From contig OZ076413.1 in assembly GCA_964187785.1 (NCBI GenBank), positions 42,162,001-42,226,000 on the forward strand: a stretch of 64,000 nucleotides of DNA, read 5' to 3'. Position 1 is the stretch's first letter; the number at the start of each line of letters is the position of its first letter. This document shows positions 33,701 through 45,700 of this stretch, piece by piece. The DNA comes from Amphiscolops sp. MND2022. Its lineage: Eukaryota. Made by a program: the position numbers and the translations under genes. The notes beneath the pieces are model-generated. The model was not told the origin of the DNA. It searched no databases and worked only from the letters and a program-made list of their open reading frames with translations.

Positions 33701-36700
33701 AGTTCTGTAGAAAAAGTGTCCACTACGCATGCATTCTGTTATCTGACGAAAAAAAAGAAAAAACTTGCCACTGTAATATTCGGGCTCATTTTGTTAAAAT
33801 GCGCCGACTAAAAATGCCGAAAAATGTAAAAGGGTAACCCTTTGTGTTTTTTTAAACATCCAATTTGTTGCAAAACCAAAAAAATGAAAGGGGACCCTTG
33901 GGAGACATTTAGAAAATTTTCGCAAAGTCTCACGGTGCCGAAAAAATTGAAAGGGGGCCCTTTAGTCTCGTCCGGTATTGTATGTTACGCTAAGAAAGGA
34001 ATAACTATAGTTCAGTTCCATAGGGCAAATGGTACAATTTGGCTCCTTAAAATTTTGTAGAACTTTTGGTGGAACTATTTTGGTCACTTCGTGTGGATTG
34101 AAAAAAGTCATATTATAGTAGCGTTTCACCAACAAAATGTTGTTGACATCTAATATAAAGCTAGAATTGAAGTAAGAATTTTGCATGTTCGCCTCACAGC
34201 AATGGCAGATCTAATTTTCGTTTTTCGAAAATGATGCAGAACATGCTAACTGTTACATAAAATTGCAGAATTTAACAGTTATTTTTACTGACGCTACTAA
34301 TATAACCCACCGCACTGAGTTGATTCATTGCCAACTTTTGAAAACTGGGGAGTCTTTTGAGAAAAACTGGGCCTTGGTAAACTGTGTCCCAATCGCACGT
34401 AACTACACATATCACATGACAGATTGAGCCATAACTACTGAGCTATCCGGTTCACATAACTGAGAGTAATATTCGCTGTCATGAATTTCAAAATTTAACC
34501 GTTAGTAGTTCACTTTGATCACAACTTCACTCGAGAGTGACTCTTGAACAATTTCCAATAATTTTTGATGTATGATACGCAATGCGTTTTCAATCCCATT
34601 AATGTACGGTGAAGAATATTGGGTTTTCCGTTTTGAAATAGTTATAAGTTATGATAAGTCGGGACCAAAGCAAATCCATTCTCCGCTTAGTTAAAATTTT
34701 TTTTCAAGTTGGCCAGCTGTCTTTGGTAGAAATTGTTGGGAAATTTTTTAAATCCAGCTCTAAAACTAAGACTTTTTGCTTATCAGAAAAACGAAAACTA
34801 ATAATCATGGGAAAATCTTGATGAAAAAGTCTGAAAAGGCCTAAATCATTGCCCAGCTTGAGATTCGAAAAGCGGCAACTGAAGATATTCAAAAGCGGGA
34901 GGAACTTTTGAATAAAAATCTGATTGAAAAATTCAAGTGGGACAAAAAAACAGAGTAGCCTTTTATTCTTTCTAATACCGCAAAAAACGTGAAAGACGCA
35001 GCATATAAGGCGATGCTTCAATTGCCTTAGGCCGAACTTAGTAAATTCTATAACAATTGGATGCGCTATATCCAGAATACTTTCCGTTAGATGCGTTTCA
35101 ATAAAAAATGCTTTCAAGATAGTTCACTGAGAAAAAGTGAAAAAGTCAGTACGTATTGAATGGACTCGAACCACGTTCATATTGCATCTATCAACAGGTA
35201 AGTAAATGCGCTATATTCGAATAGTGGACCGACCTCATGCCAGAATAATATCAATTTATTGATATTTTATCCAGAAACATCGTTCTGTTTGAAAACACTT
35301 TCGAAAAAATGACCTGAACAAATTGTCGCAATATCAATTGCTGGGGAACAATTTTTGAACAGTTCAAACTCAAAAATGATGTGAAAAAAAGGTGAGCTTC
35401 TTTCAATTTCAAAAGGATGCCCACGGCAGAATTTCGAATTAGCTGGCCTAATTTAGAATTATGAACGCAAAAATTCTTCAATAGATGATAAAAACTGAAT
35501 AGGCAAAAATGTTCAGTAAGAAAGGCTGAAGTTCAGATTGACTGTAAGGGCCAAAAGGCTTCGATAAAAAGCTAATTGGAGTTTCAAAAAACAGCTCCCA
35601 GCAGCGTCCATCACAAAAGAATGGATTCCAATGGAAAAATCGAGGCACAGCTTTTAGTATTCCTATAGAAATTGAGAACAAAAGGAATATTTTTAATAAG
35701 TGTAATGAAGTTTGAAAATTCACCTTTTTTGCAAGAAACGATGATAAAAGCTACACAAACAGTAAAAATTACTAACTTCCCTCTTTCCATGAAGAACAAG
35801 AACCCATGCATGCACACGCAGGCCGTCTAGCTCATCAGGGGGTGGTTTTTCCAGTTCCTATAAATAATTATACAGATTAAATATATAAATGATTACATTG
35901 TAAAAATTTGTCAGCAACAATTCTATCTACCTTTTTTGAAAAAATATATCATTGAAAATGATACCTTGCTATAGAATTTTCACAAGTTCGGTATGACATA
36001 GCAGTACATGTAAATCTCAAAATCTCTCAATCTGATTAGTCGAGAGCTCGGCCAATAGGCACCGAATACTTGAACCCTTTAAACACTTTTTGGTGAGCAT
36101 GAAAAAAATCGAAAACATTCATGAAATCTAACATGAAAACTTCATGATCTACAAAGGAAAACAATCAAAATTATTCATGAAATCTAATATGAAAACTTGA
36201 TTATATAAAAATGAAAAAAACTACTGCATGAGATAAGGAAAAGACTTTATGAAAAGGTGGTGGCTGCTTTCCCTACGTTCGCGGCCAATCAGAAATGCTA
36301 ACGAGAAGATTCAAGTCGTGGCTGGCTACGTAAGCCGCCACGAAGTCCTCCTCGGACATCGGCATCCAATCAGAGCCTTCTGATGCATTGGAAGACATTA
36401 GCAATCTTCGCCTGTACTGCAGGGAAAAAATCGAAAAGCTAAAGCATGCTTCGATTTCTGTTTGAAAAAAAATCAAACTTCTTTGCTCACAGTGAGCTGT
36501 TGACTTTTTAATACTCTTTAAATTTAAATGATTTTTAAATTATAGAAATCTGTTGAGGAAATCTTACGGAAATTCTTAGCAAAATTTCAAGAGCTAAAGA
36601 CTTTAACTTATATTACTAATAGCTCAAAATTTAAACGAAACAAACTTACCCGATGTACTCCGGAAATCTATATTGATAGAAAGTAAAGTTTGGTGCTACT

Positions 36701-39700
36701 TTAGTTGGTATATTTACTGGTGTTTAACATTCAATATTGAATGTCCAAAGTACTAACAAACATAACCCCTTGGGTCGTGAAACTCTCAGACGACTTTATA
36801 CATCGCAGTATTACAATTTTTGAGTGACATTTCCAGTTCAAGTGCCTTTCAGTAGTTCAAGAACATGTGAAAACAAATGTTATTTCCTTCCCTTCGCATG
36901 TCCATCACCTTTCTGATAAACATCACGTTTGCATTTCTGACTATAAATATCCGGTGCTTTTCTCTCAATTTCACAACTCATGTTGTCAAATCACGCTCTC
37001 AATAATAGACTTTTTGATAAAATTTCTCTTGTTCCTCTAGCCTTGGTGGAAAGGGTGTTTGAAGCCTAAAATCTACTTAGTCTTGGCTCGGAACAAAAAT
37101 CTGAAAACATAAAAACTCCTCGAGATCTAAAATCTCACTACCTGATTGACTCTCTACAGTCGCCGTATAACATAAACTGCTGAAGGATTGAAGTGGTTTT
37201 GTACCGGCCTTCAACAGGTTATGGGCCCAGAGTAGCCAGTTCCAGATTTTGAAGGAGTTCCAAAAATTTCAACATTTCTCAAAAACGCGCAAACTAAATG
37301 GAGAGCAACAACAATCTCAAATGGCTCTGTTTCTCGGGGATGACCGATGACTACCCGATCTGGAGCACTAGATTTCAAGCCTTTTCTCAAACGAAAGGCC
37401 TCTTTGAAACTCTCACTGGAGATGAGCCAGCACCAACCCGTCCAACAAGGCTTGGCAATGATCCAACTAACGAGCAACGCGCTGCTCACGAAGCAGCAGA
37501 AGCAGAATACACGCGGGCGCTCGAGAACATCGAGAAACGCAAGAACACACTCTGGTGCTACCTTGCAATGGTTCTCGATACAACCAGCCTGATGTTGATC
37601 AGGCACGATTGTGTTGACAACAAAGGTCTCGGTGATGGTCACAAGGCATGGGGGCTTTTGCAAGAAAGGTTCCGAAGCAACGAAACGGTGACAGTTGTCA
37701 GTGTGATGAGACAACTGGCACGTTTAACCCTGAAAGAGGACGAAGCCCTGCCCCAATACTTCATCCGGGCCCAAGAGTTGTCAACACGCCTCGGACAAGC
37801 TGGTGAACATTTGTCAGAGCCACTACTCAACGCGATGGTTCTCAACGGCCTGCCAGAACGCTATGAGCATTTCGTGGTGCAGGAAAGTTTCAATCCTGCT
37901 GGCAGTTTTGTGGAGCTGAGGACAAGGCTCACCAACTATGAAGAAAGTCGCCAACACAGGGAGAAGGTAGATGACGATGGTTCACACGTGGCGATGATAT
38001 CCAAGAAAATCAAGTCCAAACCCAAGTCCTCAGGTAAATATACCTCCTTGCCTAAGTCGAACTCAGGACAGACATGCTATTGCTGTGGCATGAAAGGACA
38101 CTTAAAGACAGATTGTTATCATAAGGACAAGGCTGAGTGTACGTACTGCAAATTGAAAGGCCATTTTGAGAAGGCATGTATCAAAAAAACTAAAGAGTCT
38201 AAAGGAGCTAAGCACGGAAGCTTAGCGTCAAGTCTTAAGTCAGGAGATTCAAGTGAGGCAACAGCTAAAGATTTAGTGGTAGACTCAGGAAGTACTGATC
38301 ATGTAATAGTGAACAAAAATTGGTTCAAAAACATGAAACCAATAGATACGACTGTTACCAACCCTGATGGTGGTGACACGAAGGTCTTAGGAATAGGAGA
38401 AGTAGAAATCCTAGCTAAAGACGTAAACGGAAACACTAAGCCTTTAGTTTTGCGGAAAGCCCTGTTTGTGCCAGGATACCGAACAAACTTGATCTCGGTA
38501 TCAAGTATTGTCGATAATGGACACAAAGTTGTTCACGAAGCGAAAATGAGTTTTCTTTGCCTCAAGAGCAATGAAAAAATTCCAATCACTAGAAAAGGAA
38601 AACTTTTTTATCTAAGCACGATCCCAAAGCAAGAAAACCACTTTGCTAATTTGAGTGGGGGGTCAAACGAAACGCAACTCTGGCACAAACGCTTTGGACA
38701 TGTAAACTACAGAGACTTAAAACACTCCCTGTCGAAAGACCTGAATGAAGTAGATGAAAATTGTGAAACTTGTTGCCTAGCTAAAATAACTAAAACTCCA
38801 GTCCCAAAACGCAATGAAAATAAAACTTCGAAAGCTCACGAGAGAGTTGTCAGCGATGTTGTTGGTCCAATTACTCCATCGAGTAAAGACGGTTATAGAT
38901 ACTTTGTTACGTTTATTGACGAATACAGTTCGCATGCTTGTGTAAAATTCATTAGACACAAAAGTGAAGTACTACAAAAATTCAAAGAGTATATCGCTGA
39001 ATGCGGTACGCCTCAAATACTACGGTCTGATAACGGCATCGAGTATACAAACAAAAACTTCAAAAATTATTGTACCAACAATAAAGTCAAGCAAGAGTAC
39101 ACAGTTCCTGAAACTCCAGAACAAAATGGTGTCGCTGAGCGATACAATCGAACCGTTGTTGAGACTGCTCGAAGTCTTCTGATTGAATCAAAACTACCTA
39201 AATGCTATTGGCTAAGAGCTGTGGACACAGCAGCTTATGTAAGGAACCTTGTCAAAAAGGACAAGAATGAAAAAACTCCCTACGAAAAGTTTTGGGGAAG
39301 AAAACCTAAAACAGATCATCTGAAGGTTTTCGGTTGTCTAGCGTACGTAAAAAACCGAAACCGTGAAAAATCAAAGTTCGATCCCAAAGCACGAAAACAT
39401 GTGTTTCTTGGCTACGATGGCAACAGTACGGCCTACTTGTTGCAAGACGTAGAAACTAGGAAGTTGACACGAGCTCGAAACGTCGTGTTCAATGGAAAGA
39501 AAGTAGTCGGATTCTCAAACGAATCAAGAGAAGACGAAAATTCCGATCTTCTATTCGACGACGTTACTTTCGAGGATGAAATGGAGGAAGGTAAAGTCGA
39601 TAAAATAGTTAAGGTAGAGGTCAAAAATGAGCAACCAGAATTTGAAATCAAAAGGGAAAATTCTTCTGATGAGGGAAACTCATCTGTTGATGAGTCTGAG

Positions 39701-42700
39701 AATCAATTTCAAACTCTCGAAACCGTACCTTTGAACCCTGAAATAGAGGTTCGGCATGCAATTCCGGGCCCATCAGAGCGAACTATTGAGCCGAGGCCGT
39801 CTAAAATTCCTGTCTTACAGGAGCGAACGTCTAGAACCAGTGATGTACCGCAAACATCACAAGGTAAAGCATCAAAACCAAAACCTCCTAGCAGATTACA
39901 AATAGCGGGTCAATATTTAAAAATTGCTATTCCTTCGAGTGAAGAAGTACTCGATGAAAGATGGGATAAATACCTAGACATGAAAGATGCTAGGAAACAA
40001 GCTAAAACTTTGAAGCGAGAAGAGAGGTCGAGAATTCCACCTCAAAGATATGGCGAGAGCTACAGCCATAACACAACCTACAGTCCTAAAGATCCAGAAA
40101 CATATAATGAAGCTTTAAGTTCTAGTGATAGAGACAAGTGGCAAGAAGCTATGCAAACTGAGCTACAGTGTCTTCAAGAAACTAAAACATGGAACTTAGT
40201 CGAGCGGCCAAGTCAGAAAAACGTGATTCCGGGAAAATGGGTTTACAAAGTGAAAACCAAGGCTGATGGAAGCATTGAAAAATATAAAGCTCGGTACGTC
40301 GCCAAAGGTTTCAAGCAAATTGAAGGTATTGACTATTCAGAAACGTTTGCTCCTACCAGTAAACCTGAAACCTTTCGTATCATACTTTCCTTAGCTGCGA
40401 AAGAAAACTTTACGCTCAGACAAATGGATGTGAAATCAGCGTACTTGCATCCAGAAATCAAGGAAGAGATTTATCTTGAGCAACCAACAGGCTTCGAAAA
40501 ACTAGATAGCTCAGGAAAAAACTTGTCTGCAAACTAAATAAATCAATCTATGGATTGAAACAAGCTGCTAAAAATCGGTACGAAGAAATAGCGAACTTTC
40601 TCATACAACAAAAATTCACTCGCAGCAGAAATGATTACTGCCTGTTCAGTAAAATTGAAAACAACGAAAAGTTGTATGTCTTAAGTTGGGTAGATGATTT
40701 TGTGATAGCCGGTAGCAACAATGAGAGCATAGAACTTTTGAAAAAAACTCTTGAAGGAAAGTTTAAAATGGACGATCGAGGAAAACTCGAATGGTTCCTA
40801 GGCATGCAAGTAAGTCAAGAAAACGACAACGTAACTCTGGATCAGGAAAAATATATCGAAAGCGTTATAGAAAAATTTGGCATGCAAGATAGCAACCCTT
40901 CAAGAACGCCAGCTGAGAACAATCTAAAATTAGTTAAAGCAACTGAGAGTGAGACATTGGTAGATGAGAGATTGTATAGAAGTTTAGTAGGGTCTCTACT
41001 ATACATCGCCAAGCAAACTAGGCCAGACATAGTGTGGATAGTCAATGTGCTCTCACGATTCATGGACAAACCATCAAACACTCACTGGCTGGCTGGCAAA
41101 CGTGTGCTCCGCTATCTTCAAGCAACAAAGTCACTCAAACTGGTTTACCCGCGAGACAATGACTTTCAACTACACGGAGAAAGCGATGCAGACTGGAGCG
41201 GAGATCACGATGACAGGCGATCGACAACGGGCTACTTTTTCAAGCTTGGTTTCAGTGGGGGAGCAGTTAGCTGGCAAACAAAAAAGCAGCAGACTGTGGC
41301 TCTCTCATCTTGCGAAGCTGAGTATCAGGGTTTGGCAGCAGCTGTGCAAGAGGCAACCTTCTTGCGATCCATCCTCTGCGAGATGGGCTATCAGCAGAGG
41401 CAGGCAACACGCATTGGTGAAGACAACCAAAGCTGCATCAAATTGGCGAACAACCCTGTGATGCACAAGCGATCGAAGCATATTGATACGAAGTATCACT
41501 TTATTCGAGAAAAGGTCGAAGACAATGCTGTTGAACTGGTCTATACGCCAACAGATCAACTGGCAGCCGATCTTTTGACAAAAGCACTTCCACAAGTGAA
41601 AGTGGAACAACATCGACGAGTTCTATTGGGTCAAGTCCAGATTCTTCCTCCAGTCTCGGAAAAATCAGAGTGGGGGTGTTGAGGAAATCTTACGGAAATT
41701 CTTAGCAAAATTTCAAGAGCTAAAGACTTTAACTTATATTACTAATAGCTCAAAATTTAAACGAAACAAACTTGCCCGATGTACTCCGGAAATCTATATT
41801 GATAGAAAGTAAAGTTTGGTGCTACTTTAGTTGGTATATTTACTGGTGTTTAACATTCAATATTGAATGTCCAAAGTACTAACAAACATAACCCCTTGGG
41901 TCGTGAAACTCTCAGACGACTTTATAAATCGCAGTATTACAATTTTTGAAAGACATTTCCAGTTCAAGTGCCTTTCAGTAGTTCAAGAACATGTGAAAAC
42001 AAATGTTATTTCCTTCCCTTCGCATGTCCATCACCTTTCTGATAAACATCAAGTTTGCATTTCTGACTATATATACCCGGTGCTTTTCTCTCAATTTCAC
42101 AACTCATGTTGTCAAATCACGCTCTCAATAATAGACTTTTTGATAAAATTTCTCTTGTTCCTCTAGCCTTGGTGGAAAGGGTGTTTGAAGCCTAAAATCT
42201 ACTTAGTCTTGGCTCGGAACAAAAAAATCTGAAAACATAAAAACTCCTCGAGATCTAAAATCTCACTACCTGATTGACTCTCTACAGTCGCCGTATAACA
42301 TAAACTGCTGAAGGATTGAAGTGGTTTTGTACCGGCCTTCAACAAAATCTAACATTAGTTTCAAGAAAAGTAAGTTCACAGAAGATCAACTGAAAATAGA
42401 AAAAGCGATGTGGTATAGCGTAGTCTAGACAACCCGTAGTCTAATAAACTCCATTTACCGTAACCAGTACTGGTTACTTTAGATGAGTGACTTGGATGCA
42501 AAAATCGATCATAGAAGAAAAAGCTAGCTACCATCAATAATGCCAATTGAAAGCTTTCCTTTTACTAATATCGGTTTTATCAATTAGAATACAACAGCCG
42601 ACAACTCGTTTTTGACCAAAATCTATTCTAAAGACTTGAACAAAGCTCCAATCGCACAAGCGGCGAACTACTGTATGGCCAAATCTCGGATACTAAATTG

Positions 42701-45700
42701 CTTACATTCCAATTACTTATAACCTTGTATGGATGCTGAAAACCGAAAGTAGTCAGTAAAGTCTTGATGAAGGATACATTTAACCTGACGTTGGCAGAAT
42801 TTCAAATTTCGCATTCGTTTCAGAAATATCAATGAAAAGCCAAGCGTATCTAAATTGTAAACTCGGAGTGTTAAAAATTTCAATGTAAAAATTAAACTTT
42901 TTTCCAAACAGATCGTAAAAATCACATGCGGAATAATGGTCCATTTTAAACTGGGCTCCGGTTTATGAAATTGGCACTTCAATCTCAGCAACATCTGAAA
43001 AGTAATCAACACGTCAAATGTTCTTGAAGCATTAGAAAAACGCGCGTTTTAGAATACCTTTACAAATAGAGATACATTTTGCTTTGGAACAACAATGAGC
43101 ATTGACTTATACATTTTTTGTGAGAAAAAAATCTTCAAGAGTGATCTATTGTTTTGAATCGAAGGAGACAACATTCTACACTGTCTGTCTACTCACAGCA
43201 ATTCTAGCCTCCTCTTCAGACTTCTTTTTGGCGGCTTCTTCCTCTTCTTTCTTCACTCTCCTCTCCTCCATCATCCGAAGGTACTTGCTACTTAGGTCTT
43301 TGGGGGGTTTCACCGTGTACTTCTTCTTCTCAACAACCTTCTCTTCCTGTTTCGCCTGAAATTGCACACGAAGGATCATAAGAGTCAATCGATCATGTCA
43401 AAACCATGTTTCATGTTGACGTAGAAATGAAAACCTACCAATTGGTTGGAGATGTGGGACTGTAGTTTGTTATCTGCGGTGAAAATCTTACACAATAAAT
43501 ATCACCCTTTTTGATGTTTACTAAAATTATCTTTTTTAACCCCAATGAACCTAGTGATGCTTTAAAGCAGCCTACCTTTTTTCCAAATTCTGATTCCTTT
43601 TGCCAGTAGCCCATTTTCTCTAGCACAGTTTTTTTTCAACAAGTAATTGGTACCTAGATTGATTTGAACTATTCATTCAAATACACAAGGACCGCGCGTA
43701 CTGAAACCGGAGTTTGGTGTTGTAAGAGAAAATACTTTTTTGCCCTTATTACATGGCGGGCGTGTCAGTGAAAAGAGTTTGGGTGTCAGTGCGCTGCAAG
43801 CTGCAGAGCCTCCTTACAGTGTCAATAACGATCCTATAAAGTAAATTTGGAAAACATCGGTAAGTGGAGGGTAATTTACAAATTAGGACAATGTATCTCA
43901 AACTTTATTGATCGTCAAAAATTATTACTTGGTTTTGCGAGGAGCACCCGAGGGATTGTCAGAGTTATGACAGCCCTCCCTCGTGAACTATGGCACTGAT
44001 AGATGACTCTACGATTGCTTGTTGGCGGCGTGTCGCTCTGCAGCCTCTGAGACAGAGGACGGAACTACGTAGAAGAGCAAAACTTATCTTAGATTGATTT
44101 GAATGGTACGAGCATTAGAAAAAGGGAATATATCTCCAAAGCTGAGAAAAATGGGTTTTTTGCACAAAAAAAGAGTTATATTTTCTCAAAATTCAGATTT
44201 TGACGAAATCCTGTTTTCTCAAAAGTCTTTGATCAATAGAAAAAACAAACCACATACCCTTCCACAACAAGTCCTGGTGGAACAAACCCCTATAATATTT
44301 TGTTGTCAATACAAGCCCCCGCGCAGCGGGCCGCACGAAGTACCGGAAAAAGAAGCTAAAATTCTGGAGAAAGGGGCGCGCGGCGACAGGGGCTCACCTG
44401 AGCAAAATGAAAGCCCAATACCAGACCTTTCAAACGCGCTATAGTTCGTTTCTCTGGTACGCGTAGTTGTGGAGATATTAATTTTTAAAAATTTTTATTC
44501 AAATTTTTTGAAAATTTTAAAAAACGCCCAGGTCGATTGGGGTTAATGGACACACACTAAAAGTTGATTTATATAACATCAAATAAATAAATAAATAATT
44601 GTTATTATTAAAGGACGACTACATTCTTGTGATAAAAGAATGGAGCTCCTAACTGCTATTAATGTTTGGAATACGTCACTTTTCTGCTCTTACTCTTAAA
44701 ACACATTGGGAGCTCAAATTTTTTGAGTATAATTTAGTCAATAATGGGCATCTTGAACAATATCAAGAAGTCAAAAATTACTAACTTCTGCTCTTAATGT
44801 AGGATCCAAAACCAAATTTTACAGGTAAACAAATTTTCATCTCGCAAACTTGTATCATACTGGTGGCAAGATTTTGAAAAATAGGGGACTATAAACTTAA
44901 CAAAAATCCTAGAAACACTTGTCGTCATTTTTCGAAACATGGACACTTTTCGAGAAATTGGCGAAACTTTTAGGCATTCCAAACTCTATTACCAAACAGA
45001 GGTTCCATTTGGCAAATCACAGGACTGTGATCCGTTTTTTTGGTAAATCTTATTTTCTAATTCTATGTACTTTTATTGCACTAGTTTCTATTGCATTCTC
45101 GAACTTCAGTAATTTCAACACGTTACCTCAATAGGTGAGGTATTAGCAAGATTACCAATCATAGCTAGAAAAGATGGTATTCACACCGATATGGCAAACC
45201 CACAACGACTTATTCAGAAATTGGAGACGACAAGAAATTTTGTGAAAAGAATAAATTATACAAATAAAAGCAGGTCACATGTCTTACCATGGTTATCTTG
45301 CCATGATCTTGACAAGCGTTCCATGTATCATGATTTGCCATGATCTTGACAAGGGTACCATGGTTAACCATGATTTAGCAAGATTAACCATGATCATGAC
45401 AAACGTTCCATGGCTTCGAACACTGGGAAATGCAATTAACTGCAGAATCGTTGTTATCATTTTTCGACTTTAATGTTATTTTCTATTTCATTTATCACAG
45501 TTTTGCTCCGAATCCATGGTTTATTTTTGAACAGAATTGCAGAACAAGATTGATAGGAACGAGATTTCGTCAACAATCCGACGAAGAGAATCCGACAGAA
45601 TCAAAAATCTTTCACCCTAATCAGATGTCAGCAAACAACATTGAGGTTCATAAAAAACTAATAGATCATATTATACGCACGCGCTTTCTGAAAGAAATAG

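Larger units (their letters stand above)
36551..42344 (+). mobile_element. Full-length Ty1/Copia LTR retrotransposon
   Basis: LTRs 36551-37216 and 41677-42344 (TG...CA); TSD AAATC; PBS GGTTATGGGCCCAG; PPT GAGTGGGGG; order gag-PR-IN-RT-RNaseH. Confidence 0.97.

Noticed and set aside
22355..41613. Antisense and alternative-frame ORFs overlapping gag/pol/RT
   Set aside because: Shadow ORFs of retroelement coding sequence.
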